DNA of 64,000 nt from Hydrolagus affinis (Eukaryota). Below, in pieces: positions 1 through 12,212 of this stretch. Every line of letters starts with the position of its first letter. Positions within the stretch are counted from its first letter, which is position 1. Made by a program: the position numbers and the translations under genes. The notes below the pieces were generated by a model that saw only the letters and a program-made list of their open reading frames with translations, was not told where the DNA came from and made no database searches. The DNA lies in the NCBI GenBank assembly GCA_012026655.1, contig JAAILG010000502.1:1-64000 (forward strand), written 5' to 3'.

Positions 1-229
1 GAGGAGTGGAAGGAGGAGAGAGAAGTGGGGGAGAGGAGGGGAGAGAGAGGGGGTGAGTTGATTAATTTAAATGGAAAATGAGAGGAGTGGAGGGGGATTG
101 GGTTTGGAGCCATTGAGATGCCAGACTGACTGTGTGTATGAGTGTGAAAGAGAGAGATAAAGAATAACAGGAGAGTACCCCTTTGATTGTGTGCTGTGTT
201 CATAGACTGTAATCGATATTTATTGCTTT

Positions 230-394
230 ATTGGTAAGTATCCATACAATATTCTGTTATTATTTAGTCTATTATTAATATGGTATGTTTAAAAACAATT
301 AATTTAAATGTTATTTTTAAATTAAAATTTATTTTGTTTTATGTTTTCGGCTGAATATCCGGCACTCGCTTTAACCGGCCTTGGCCAGGTCCCA
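230..394 (-). mobile_element. Tigger/pogo-family fragment (left end of the 20698 family, TIR lost)
   Basis: ttttcggctgaatatccggcactcgctttaaccggccttggccaggtccc and atacaatattctgttattatttag are reverse complements of the 20715-20870 region. Confidence 0.75.
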
Positions 395-664
395 CCCACA
401 GTCCATTCAGCAGCGTCAAGCGCGATGCGATGTCCTCCGAACATGAAAGGTGCTACACAACATTTGTAAACTGTACTGTGTTACAAAATCCTGTGTACTG
501 CTGTTTATAATCAATTGATAATCTTACTAAAATCAGATTCAATTTGCAGCAACTAAAGTGACATAGACACACATCCAAAATAGTTCAATAAGCAATTTGC
601 AACGCATTGTTACAAAATTACTAAGTAACAATAATGTGTTTCAAGCCCTAAACAATGCTTATAA

Positions 665-1117
665 AACAACAACAATAACAACTTTGATTTATATGGAGCC
701 CCTCCACGCCGGACGGCGTCTCAGAGCACTTCCCAGTCCCGGGACTGAGCCAGGGGCAGGGGGAGAAAGGTGACCAAAGGCGCGGATGAAGAGAAAGGTC
801 TTCAGCTGAGTCCTGAAACTGGGAAGAGAGGGGGCGAGGCGAAGGTAGTGAGGAAGGGAATTCCAGAGTTTCGGGGGAGTAGTGGCTGAAGGCACGGCCA
901 CCGATAGTGGAGCGGAGGATTCGGGGGACAGGGAGGAGACCAGAACCAGAGGAGCGAAGACAATGGGTCCTCTGTTGGGGAGAAAGGAGGTCAGAGAGGT
1001 AGGGGGGTGCAGAGGAGTGGAGAGACTTGAAAACAAGAGTGAGGATCTTGAAATCGATCCTCTCCGAGACAGGGAGGCATTAAAGTCTGGCAAAGACTGG
1101 GGTAATCGGGGAGTGAA
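665..1117 (-). mobile_element. L2-clade LINE 3' fragment with (GTT)n tail
   Basis: Decayed ORF2 C-terminus (KLWNSLPHYLRLAPSLPSFRTQLKTFLF); same subfamily as 24380-25015. Confidence 0.9.
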
Positions 1118-1770
1118 GTTAACACTGTTAATTAGTGTTCTGCTACACTTGCCATAAAGTTCATATTTTATTAATAGTCAACTTGATTAAATATTTTTTT
1201 TTTTTAAAAAAGCTAAAATGTTTCACGTTATTTCAAGGCTTATTACATCAACAGTGACTGACCCTTTCAGGATCAACAGAAACGTAAACAGTTTCTGCAA
1301 ATAAATCCCATTCAAAAGGCAGAAGAGAATGGAGGGATATGGAAGAGGGGATTAGGAAGAGTGGAGGTTCATGAGGAGACAAATAGCCACTTTCTATGCT
1401 CTAACATCCTATGTAAATGTATTTGTTATAGAGTAATGCATTTGATAGATATGTTCTGAAGCAACGGTTTTCATTTGAGAGAAATTGCTTGTAGCAAAAC
1501 TTTTGCTGAATTGCCATTTATGAAATAAATACATGTGGCCACTAGATGGAGGTGAAGTTGCACACATTGAGGCAATTGGCCGAGAAAAGCTTAGAGATGA
1601 ATAGTGATCATAATCCTTACAAAGCACATTTCACGTTGGAAAGATGTCCCCAGCACATTAAAAAATCTACTGTATGGCACAGCAGGTGAATGAAAGGAGT
1701 ATTGGGGATGGGAGAGTAAAAGTATAGGTGTTTAATTAGCATGAAGAAATGACTCTAGCTCTTATAACAG

Positions 1771-2250
1771 TAATAATCCTAGCTTTTCACATCTTCGAGA
1801 AGTCTCAAAGTGGTTCACAGAATATATTACAAAATGAATTGACTATATATTCGTGGGCGATATTGCTGGTAGGATTATTGAAGCTCCTGTTGCGAGGTGC
1901 TCACGTAGTGAATAATGAAGTGAATATATCTTGATTCACTACATTTATAATAATAATCCTATCCTTGCATTTGATATAGCACTTTTCACTTCTTCTAGAT
2001 ATCTCAAAGTGCTTCACAGAATATACTGTGAAATGAATTGACTGTGTATTTGTAGGTGAAATGTGGCAGCCAATTGTGCACATCCGTGACCCACAAGCAG
2101 TTGTGGAGTGACTCACCCAAATTATTATTATTTACTTTCTTGAGGGATTATTATCAGGCGTGTGCAGTAAAGAAACTTCCCCAAGGTTTTCCCCTGCCGG
2201 GAATCAAAGTCAGGTTTCTTGTTTGAAAGGCGAGTGCTGTAACTACTGCA
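1771..2250 (-). mobile_element. Two tRNA-derived SINE copies (tail fragment ~1771-1860, near full-length ~1947-2250)
   Basis: (AAT)n-ccttgcatttgatatagc tail, ggcagccaattgtgcac body, decayed tRNA head. Confidence 0.85.
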
Positions 2251-2657
2251 ATAATTTGCAGTAAATCCTGAGAGGCCTCCGGTTATAAAAAGTGCTATGT
2301 CAAATTAATGATTTATTTTTTTCATTAATTGTTAATCCCTCACACTCTGTTGCAGAAAAATATGAATATTACATCAGTGAAAATAACCAACAGTTATGAT
2401 TTGACTAATATTAACCAGTTACTAAAATAATAAAAGTACATCTTAAACACTTACATTCTGTTTCCGTATGATTTTCTTCTATTTAACCTATTCTGAACTT
2501 TTAGAAAAGTTTTATTTTACTATTTCCCATTTCCTCTATCCTACTATCAATTATTAAAAGCACAAACTATGACTAAAATTAAGATTCACTTTGCTGGTCA
2601 CCTACAAGAAGTCCAGAAAAATATACATACAGTATTTTGCTATTAATGCATCTAAAG

Positions 2658-2924
2658 CAGTGGTTCCCAGCCTTTTTTTGCTGTGACCCAAATTAGCCAC
2701 CAACAGGTCCTCCCACCAAGATGATACCTCCATCGCTTTTGTGGACTCAGCGCAACTTGTAAGTACGATCTTTCATTCAAATTGGTCAGCGGTGTCGCCT
2801 CAGCACATTTTTTAGCATTAGAAAAGCATTTTCAGCATTAAAAAAAGCAACAAAAAAAAATTCTGTTGACCCTTCACGACCCACAACCTTGATTTGGGTC
2901 GAGACCCAAGGTTGGGAACCACTG
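2658..2924. mobile_element. hAT-Charlie-type MITE, 267 bp
   Basis: 17-bp TIR CAGTGGTTCCCA(G/A)CCTT and a perfect 8-bp TSD ATCTAAAG (2650-2657, 2925-2932), resembling the Charlie NTCTAGAN target. Confidence 0.92.
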
Positions 2925-3849
2925 ATCTAAAGGATATTCTTATTCAATCTCAAGGCTCAGACATCATCGAAAGCAGCTCCTGAACTACGCTCCTCTGTCC
3001 ACCCTCTCATGCCCTGGACATCCTCTCCTCCAACTCCAACTGTGAGAAGATGCTGAATTTCCCTGAGACCAAAATTAAGCAGATCTGTTCAGCCCCTTCT
3101 CCCCTCCCAACCTCCACCCCCTCCCTATCTCTCCCTTACATTCCAGGTCCCTACCCAACCCTCCCTCCATACCTTTGAACCTATCTCCCACTCCTCTCTA
3201 ACCACTAGACCCTGCATGAAGCCCACCACCTGCTCCCTCAACCCCACCCCTACCCCTCTCCTCACCTCCCAGTTCCACCTCCTCACCCCTTTACTCTCAG
3301 ACCTCTCTCCATCAACTGGCACAGAACCCCACTCCCCTAAAAACAGATGTCATCACCTCTATCCTAAAAAAAGCCTTCCCTGGACCCATCCCTGCTCACT
3401 AACTACTGCCCCATTTCCAACCTCCCTTTCATTTCCAAGATCCCTGAAAGAGTTGTTGCTTCACTCTTTTCTCTCCTGTCGCTCCCCTTACGAACCCTTC
3501 CAATCGGGTTTTGTGTGCTGCCCACGGCCCTGGTCAAGGTGACAAACAATGTCCTGTTCATCTGTGACATGGTTCCCTCTGTCGCCTCATCCTCTCAACC
3601 TCTTTGCAGCCTTTGACACTGTGGACGACTCTATGTTCATCCATCACCTCTCCTCTCACCCTAACCGTCACAATTCTGTCCTCAAATAGTTCAGATCCTA
3701 TCTCTGACACCGTCTCCACTTTCCGTCTCCACAAATGGATTCTCCTTCAGCCTCCGCACTGTCACATGCAGTGTTCGTCATGGCTTTGTCCTCAGTCCTC
3801 TCCTCTTCAACCTACACATGTTCCCTCTTGGTGACATCCTAATGACATT

Positions 3850-4175
3850 GTGGAATCCTGTAGCTCAGTGGTTAGAGCACTCATCTTACAAGTGAGAGAC
3901 CTGGATTCGATTCCAGTCAGGGTGAAACCTTGGGCAAGTTTTCTTACTCTACACCCCTGATAATAATCCCTCAAACAAAATTGGTCATTTCAATCCACGA
4001 TTGTGTGTGGGACACGCAATTTGGCTGCTGTGTTTCGCCCACAAATATACAGTCAATTTTCCTACTCTCCTTCATCCTGCCCCGACCCCCACCCCCACCC
4101 CCAGCTCTTGTCCCTACCTATTTTACAGCGCCTTGGGATGTCCTCTCGATGTGAAAGGCGCTATATAAATGTAAG

Positions 4176-4210
<35 letters not shown>

Positions 4211-4318
4211 AACATACAGTCAATTCGCTTTACAGAATATGCTGTGAAGCTCTTTGAGGTGTCTAGTAAACGTGAACAGCGCTATATCAAATGCAAGGAT
4301 TATTATTATTATTGTTAT
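3850..4318 (+). mobile_element. Full-length tRNA-SINE nested in the L2 and itself interrupted at 4059-4209
   Basis: A box tagctcagtgg, B box ggattcgattcc, (ATT)n tail; the body resumes at 4210. Confidence 0.9.
4059..4209 (+). mobile_element. 5'-truncated L2 3' end with (ATTG)n tail and ~16-bp TSD
   Basis: gcgccttgggatgtcctctcgatgtgaaaggcgctatataaatg followed by (ATTG)n; flanks aaatatacagtcaatt / aaacatacagtcaatt. Confidence 0.85.
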
Positions 4319-5355
4319 CATCCGCGGACATGCTCAACACATTCCCTGGTCAACTTGCTCAAAACATTCAACTCCATCTCTCTGCCTCCACCTTTGACTC
4401 CAGGACCACTGCTGTCCTGACAGACTGCCTGTCAGACATCAAGTCCTAGATGAGAGCTAACTTTCTACAGTTGAATGCCAGCTACAACAACAAAAACAAC
4501 AATTTTTTTTTTTTTTTAAATGACATTTGTAGAGAGCCTTTCACGTTGGGAGAACGTGAAGTCTGAGGGTCTCGTGATTGGCTCGGACCACCGGCAGTAT
4601 CAGCATCCATGGATGCACACTCCATCTCACCAAACCAGTCAAAGACCTGGGTATCTTGTTCGACCTCAACTGTCATTTCTCCCCCACATCCATGTCATGA
4701 TCCACTCTGCCTCCCCTACCTCCACAACATTGCAGCTTGTGTCCTCTCGTGTACCAGGATTTGTGCTCCCATGAACTTCACCCTTGCCCAGCTCCACTGG
4801 CTCCCTGTCTCCAAAACTCTTGTCCTCACCTTCAAGACTCTCCATGGACTAGCCTCCACCTACTTCTCCAACCTGCCAACCCCTTATCAACCTGTCTGAT
4901 CCCTCCACTCAGCAGGCTCCAGCATCTCCATGTCCCCCACCAGGCTCGCTCCACCTTCGACGGTCCCATTCCCTCTGGAACTCCATCCCACATTCCCTTT
5001 GCCTCACTGCTTTCCTTTCCTTCTTCAAAGCATGCCTCAAGACCCTCCTCTTCAACCCCCCTCCCGGCCCTCCATCCCCAGATCCCAACCCCCACCACAA
5101 CCTGCTCAGATCCTAATCCCTGGCTGCTCAGCGACTTGGGAAGTCCTCCCTACATGAAAGGTGCTTTTGAAATGTAATTTTCCATTGTATCTTATCCAAA
5201 CCAGCAATGAGAACAAACAGTCAATACAGGGTCAGTTTTGCAGGTTCTAACAAGGCTCTGTGCTCCCATAAACCCTACCCTTGCCCAGCACCACTGGATG
5301 AACATGTTGGGGAAGGGGATCGAAACTTTTAAACCCAATATTCACTTTACACCAA

Positions 5356-5706
5356 TAATACTAATAATAATCCTTGCATTTGTTATAGCATCTTATCACA
5401 CCATTGAAATGTCACAAAGCGCTTCACATAATATACTGTAAAGTAAATTGACTGTATATTTTGTGGGTGAAATGTGGCAGCCAATTGTGCACACAAACAG
5501 TTGTGAATTCAGTGACCTGAATTTTTTTTTAAGGATTATTACTTCCAGAAAGCAATATGCCAATCGACTAACAACCGGGCTCCTACTTACTGCTTGGTAA
5601 AGAGGAGTGTGGAGTGAGGAAAGTTTCCCAGGTTTTGCTCCTGTAAGGGAATCGAACCACCTGCTTGGGACGCGAGCGCTGTAACCGCCTACACTACAGG
5701 ACTCCA
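5356..5706 (-). mobile_element. tRNA-SINE, long-form subfamily
   Basis: SINE head and tail plus an extra ~65-bp block at ~5541-5605. Confidence 0.85.
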
Positions 5707-6139
5707 ATTGGTTGGCTACACGATGCAAGAGAAAATTTGAGGGTTCACTCCTCAGTCTTCCACCAGTTGGAAGGATTAATGGAAACTTAAGTAGACTATT
5801 TTATAAATCTCCAGAGTCCATATTACGACACATGCTCAGGCTTGGAATGAGATGCCCTATTTTCCACAAGAAAGTAGGTGTGTCACCAATGATTAATATT
5901 TGTTAATCATTGGTAGCTGAATATTCACTAAAATCTTAATTTAAAAGACTGTTTCTACTCAGGCCAGGTTTGGATAATTAAAAAAAACTAATTATTTAAA
6001 ATTTTCCCTGGAGATGCTTATCAAAGCGATTCCATTTGAATGAACATGGATCCACAGATAAACATCAGACTATAATTCATTACATACTGATCATTTTTAT
6101 ATAAGAGCCATAAGGTTAGGAGCTTGGCAAATTTAAAGT

Positions 6140-6400
6140 CACATTAGGAGGACGTCCCAAAGTGCTGGATAGTCATTGTTTCAGATCTGAGCTGGGGTTG
6201 GGGATGGGGAGGATGGGGGGAAAAGGGGGGGATTTGGGGTGATCGATGGGACCGTCTAAGAGGAGGGTCTTGAGGCGGGACTTGAAGGAGGCTAAAGGGG
6301 AGGCCAGGTGGAGGGACTGCGGGATGGAGTTCCAGAGGTTGGGGCAGAATGGCTGAAGGCTCGTCCACCAATGGTGGAAGGATTGGGTCGGGGGACATAG
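6140..6400 (-). mobile_element. L2 3' fragment
   Basis: gggatggagttccagag and gggtcttgaggcgggacttgaag, shared with other L2 3' ends. Confidence 0.85.
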
Positions 6401-7433
6401 AGCCTGCTTTCAAATTTAAAACAGATGCTTTGCGTGTGCTTTGTGAAGGCAAAGGTTTATGTAAGTACATATCATGGTAACTGAGGAGGGAAACAAGCAG
6501 TTTCTGCACATGATGTCTGCGCTACTTCAACCTGTTTTTTTTAATTTAAAAAAAAATTAATGTATCCCTGCTTTGTCGTGCATCACCAAATGTTGTTACT
6601 GTTCAGGTGTTGATCCAGTTCCTTTTGAATGATTCAATTGACTAACTTCAACAGCTATTTGTGGTAATAAATTCTAAATTGTATCAACCCTCAGAGTGAA
6701 GAAACACCTTATATCTTCTCCCCTTGTCTGCTGACAATCCTGATCATCTGTAACAATGTCTCCTCCGACTAAAATACTGCATATAATTTTCCAGATTTAC
6801 TCATGTCGCATCAAGCTCCTTCAGTATTTTAAAGATCAATCTTCTCAATCTCTTCCGCTTCAGTGGAAACAAAACAATTTAGCCAACCTGTCTTCATATT
6901 ACAATGTCTCATTCTAGGGAACTCCACTTTGCATAAGATTTATGTCACACCTGACCTGAGAGTGTTTGACTCCAGATGATGGCAATATTAAAAAATGTTC
7001 CACTCACAAACAAGCTTTTGCTTTTCAAACAAATGAACAAACAGACCCACAAACTGGAGAAGCTATCATTGAAGACCCCGCTTTGTAAAGACTTTATTCA
7101 ACTATGTTCCTCCTTCTTGTCTGATTACATGACTCCAATTTACCTTCATCGCTTGTCCAACACTTGCCATGGTGTTACCTGGGAGCTACGGAGTCTATAG
7201 GATTGGAAAAAAACAATTGCAGTTCTTATGGCTGATCCAATAGTGGTTGGATCGTTCAGTTACTGTCATTGAAACCCTGTTTGAAATGCCAGGATTTTAT
7301 TTTGTTATAAGGCAGTCCATGGAAATAACCAGTTGGTTATTTGCGATCCCTCTATTCGCTCCTCTACACCTGTTGGGGCGACAAAAATATTTACCAAAAG
7401 CAAAACAACCTGGGAAGTAATCAGACACTATAC

Positions 7434-7619
7434 CTCAGTCTGGGGGAGGGAGTGGAGCCTTGCACATCGGGGAAAATAGGACATTCTTTCCAATTCACCC
7501 CACGGTAAAAGTGCTTCCTCTTGGCTGCGCAATGGAGTGGCATTCAAGGGGGAAACATCAATGGGTTCTGCAGCCCGTTTATTCACTCTCCTAGCTGGAG
7601 GATGCATGGAATTGAGAGA
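7434..7619 (-). CDS. Candidate alternative DNMT3A exon in intron 6: SLNSMHPPARRVNKRAAEPIDVSPLNATPLRSQEEALLPWGELERMSYFPRCARLHSLPQTE
   Basis: ~50-nt polypyrimidine tract ending cactttag|, donor GAG|gtatag, 186 bp = 62 codons with no stop in phase 0, non-repetitive sequence. No homology recognised. Confidence 0.45.
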
Positions 7620-10600
7620 CTAAAGTGAAGGAATAAAAAGACAAAAAAGGAAAATAGAATAAATGAAAAAACACCCAGAATGGAACCCGGACAACATTAA
7701 CATTTGCTTGGTGTGTCAGACCAACAGATAACTGAAACCATGGCAGCAATCTAACCTCACTACTGTTTCCACTGTGTTGGACTGTGTTCAAGTTAAATTC
7801 ACTATGCCTTACACCCTGTCTTCATGGAACCTTCCCGCCAAGACTTTCTTTAAATTCTACATTAAAATGCAAGTTTTATAGATGATGTTATAGATGATAT
7901 ACAGGATGATCAGAAACACAATCTTTAAAAGTTCTACCTTTTCTAACATTACATCAGGCATCTCAACCACACGATACGGTGCTATAGCAAATGCAAGGAA
8001 TATTATTGTTATCAGCAATCTTATTGATTCATGACAAGGAGCCACTGTTCATAAGATGGAAAGGAGCTGCTGTAAATGTGTGGGTCTCAGAGCAAGGTCT
8101 GAATGAATGCTCTACCTGATACTATTACAATAGGCTGTTACCCCTGATTTGTTATTGAGATGGAATGTGCCAACTAGAATAATTACCACATTACCAAAAA
8201 AATGATTAAAAACAGACTGCACCATACACCAGTCAAAGATAATTATTGGTTATACTTTTAATCTGTGATATTTATCACAAGTGATAATATCATAGGCTGT
8301 ATTATTCCCTCCACTGTATTCCACATTACTGTAATTCCAGTTACCACAATGACACAATGACAATGGAACAGACAATCAGTTTGTTAAACACAAAGAATTA
8401 GCAAGATTATACATTTAATAGAAATCCAATTGCACATAATCAAACACGGGGGAAATATTGTTTTTACAAATATACACAATAAATTCAAGAATGGATCTCT
8501 CCTCTTAAACACAATCTGGATTACTCACTCCAGCAGCAGGGCAAAGCCTCAAAAATATATACAGTATATTCATATCATGAAAACTGAACCTTCATTAACA
8601 GCTGAAACCATCTAAAGGATTAACTTTTGTTTCTACAAATAGAAATTAAGAGAACTGGGACTATCTCTTTACTCTCCATTTACAGTTATATACAGTGGTT
8701 TGTATTACATTTTATAATTACATTTTAAGCTTCACAGTTAGCATGGCAGTAACTGACCATAATTACTGAGACATCTGTGCTACTTGTAGTGCTATTCTTC
8801 TCAGTGATGCAGGAAAAGTGAAGCACTAGGGACACTACCTTTAGATGGAGATATATCACTGTTCAGGCCAGCCAATGTTCAAGCTGAACTTTACATAATA
8901 CGCTGATCAATTTTAAAAGGCTAAATGTTGTATCAAGTTTCAACTACTGCAAAACAAACAACAGAAAACCTCTGAAGAGCAAATAAACACCAATCAGTCA
9001 AAGTGACTTTATTTGGTAGAATAAGTATTTTCTCTTCCATAACAAGACCTTCAATGATGTACCATTAATAAAGTCTTCATCAATCAATTGGGTGCAAATT
9101 GTAATGTGCTAACATGGGCATTGAATTTAGTGATTCTATGATAATGAACAACATCCTGTTACTGTAAGTGAGTGGAGAAGTCGCAGATGGTGAGGGTGAC
9201 ACAGTGTACAGAATGTTTGTCTGTCACTTGCACAGACACTTTAGCATTTCCATTCCATTGGGATTAATGGATCCTGGGTTGATGGGTTGCTTGCTGTGCC
9301 AGAAATGAGAACAAAATGTGATACGGAGTGGAAAGTTACCCTTGACATTGAACCACTTTAATGAAAGACTTGATGTCAATGCAGCTTACTGCTGTGCGTG
9401 AACCCAATACGACAGTTGAACTTGCTGTAACACTGTCAATATTCATGATGGTTACAGCAAATCCAAACAAACATCGACACAGCCATGGAATCAGGATCTG
9501 GTCCATCAAGGTGGATATCTGCTGCTCAAGAACAGAGGCAGCAGCTTTGCATCCCATCCAATTAACCCTCAAGCTCAAATTGGTTTCCAAGCATTCTATG
9601 CATTCACAAAGATGCTGACAAACCTGGCTTACATTGATAATCTCCTGGTGGATAGTTTTGTATTAGAAAAGTCAGCATTATTACTTATAGCCAATAATTC
9701 CAGATGAAAGTCAGATCCAATTAAATGTTCTTCCTGGGAAGCACAAGCCAGCTTGGTACTCAGTCACTGATCGCTGGTGTTGGTGAAAGAAGACTTGTAT
9801 GTTCCCACATCCTCTCTTTCCTGTAAATGGTAGGAGTATCCCAATGACATGGTGTCCTCCACTTTATTTATAGTATGAATCATAATCTGTAGACCATGTG
9901 GTGCAGCTGAAGTGTGTGGTGAAATGATGGACCAGCTGTGAAGGCTGAGGAAGAGGAGAGTGACTAAATGGACCAGACCACTTCAGATACCTTCAGTGGA
10001 ACAACTAAGCAGGGATGACTCACAGGGTAACTAACTCACCCTCTGGAATCCTCAAGATCCTGGGTCTCACTATGTGCCTAATACTCTCCAGAATTAGGTC
10101 ACTCCAGGTGGGGAGTACACATTCCGAGCACAGGGAAACATATTTATTTATTTTTAGTCAGAGGTTGTCTGATGTAATACGCAAAACCATCAGGCTTAAA
10201 GAGTATATCCATGCATTCCAACTGTGAATGGAAATTTCTGTTTCTGGAATGGAATTTACACTCTCTCTGCAAAAGATGGCACCCTGCTTATCTGATTCCA
10301 GAGAAAATTAGACGCAGTAGGATTGGGGTCTCCAAAGTGTGCAATGGGGGTATTCCTGCAGTTTAACCAGCTAAAAACGCATAGCTGAGGCCACTTTACC
10401 TGTTAGAATTTTGTCAAGATTAAAATTTGTCAATTACCTGTCAAGGTTAATGGTAGCTGAGTACAAAGAATCCCTGCCCCCAGTGAATGGTCTGCCTCTC
10501 CAAACCCTCCAAATTAGCCAAACTGACTGCCTGTCATCAGCAGCATCCTGGAGTACGACAGATCCTCCTAAACAACTAGACTATTGAGACCACCACAGAG

Positions 10601-11749
10601 AACTTTGACATTCCTTTATCGTGGACTCAGTTCAGTTCCAAAGTGACCTCTTTCCCGAGGAAGATGGTTACTAATTGGTCCTAGTTAACAGCATGGCTCA
10701 GCATGATACTTCCATTTGTCAGTGGCATACAAGTGTGTAACTCTCAGTCTGCCTTGAGATACTCAACATTTGGATACTGTTAACACAGGTTTCCATGTGT
10801 GTTAAGGCACCTGGCTGACCAAATGGGACATGATCTATGACAATTTTTACACAACAACAAAATTTAACTCACACTATAGAGTGAAATTATCTATACTAGT
10901 CACATAATTACTTTTTTAAAAACTTTCTTCTGGCATTTGGTATAATATTTATATACCATAAGACAGAAACAGTTAGTACGAAAATAGTATTAATCCACTA
11001 CAATGAAATAATCCAAGCCAGTGTTTTTGTTCTCATGGTTTGTTCAACCAGCTATTGTTAATCAACAATATGGTCTGCTTTATTCAAGACGTCACTTTGC
11101 TTCAGTGAGGCTTTGAGTAACCACTGAAACTCTTACATTTGTGCCCTGTAAAATCTAAAATAACACGTCTGTATTTAATCACAAAGTTGACACACTGTAC
11201 ATTTTGTCAGAACCATTTTAACAGAGACTTTACTGCTCTTTTAGGAGTTAACTAAATTGGTTGGTGGATACTCGGTTCCAGAGGGACAAACTAATATTAA
11301 AAATGCACCAGTGTCCTCCTCATGGCCTCTTTTCTCCGCACGGCCTCCTGTAGGAGTGTGAGCTGACTCTTGCACTGTTATGATCCTAATCTGTCTGTGG
11401 CGGCTTTGCCAACATTAGGAATGTTTGCTGCAGGGAGATTTGGCTCATGTCCCACTCAGCAGCCTGACTGAAAAATAATACAATCAGTGCGGCTGAGGGG
11501 AGGGAGCTGGAAAACGAATCCACGGCAACATGCTTTTACATGCAGGTAGAAGCGGCATTTTACAATCGAGCACACAACAGCTAAAGTATACATTTTGAGT
11601 TCCCCAAAACACAACAACTGCTAGTGTGCATAGTGTCCATTTGCAGCTTTTAGTAGCGTCAGGTTGGTTCCCTTGGATGTAACTCAACTCTGAGTTAGGT
11701 TATTGAATCAAGCCCCAGGGCAGAACTTGGAATTCATCTAACCTGGGTT

Positions 11750-11885
11750 GATACTACAATGCAGGGCTGCGACGTGTTGCATTGTTGGAGATGCCGTCCT
11801 CTGAATGAGATATTAACCAAGGCCCTTTCTGCCTGTTCAGGTAGACTCCACAGTACTATTCGAAAAGAGGAGTTTGGCGGCTGGC
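11750..11885 (+). mobile_element. Old Deu-domain SINE relic (SacSINE1/AmnSINE1-like)
   Basis: gttgcattgttggagatgccgtcctctgaatgagatattaaccaaggccctttctgcctgttcaggtagac resembles the recalled Deu-domain consensus. Confidence 0.7.
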
Positions 11886-12090
11886 TGCCATACATGTGAT
11901 ATTCTTACAAGCAGACAAGCAAAACAGTGACTTCTTAATTTAACTCTTGCCAGTAACAGAGGCTATGAAAATTAAACCAGACTTCTGATTTCAAATTAAT
12001 GTTATCGATTCACAGAATATCATGTGTTTGGTTGTGATGTTACATCTGCTATAAACCTCAGTTTATGCGATCTTGCAGTCATGAAAAGGT

Positions 12091-12212
12091 TAATAACAAT
12101 AATTCTTGCACTTGATATAGCACCTTATCAAGAATATACTGTGGTGGATTGACTGTATTTTGTGGGCGAAACATGTCAGCCAATTGCGCACAGCATTGTC
12201 CCATAAACAGTC
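12091..12212 (-). mobile_element. SINE 3' fragment
   Basis: cttgcacttgatatagc...gccaattgcgcacagc. Confidence 0.8.

Larger units (their letters stand above)
2945..5175 (+). mobile_element. Decayed L2 LINE (RT region to 3' end) interrupted by nested insertions
   Basis: Frameshifted L2 motifs (MKPTTCSL, PFQSGF, AAFDTVD, LAQLHWLPV...LVLTFKTLHGLA) and a 3' tail near 5135-5175. Confidence 0.85.

Noticed and set aside
11310-11467. Acceptor-like tttttcag and a peptide end GRAEKRGHEEDT faintly like the human short-isoform N-terminus
   Set aside because: Stops in all frames and only a weak, wrong-phase donor.
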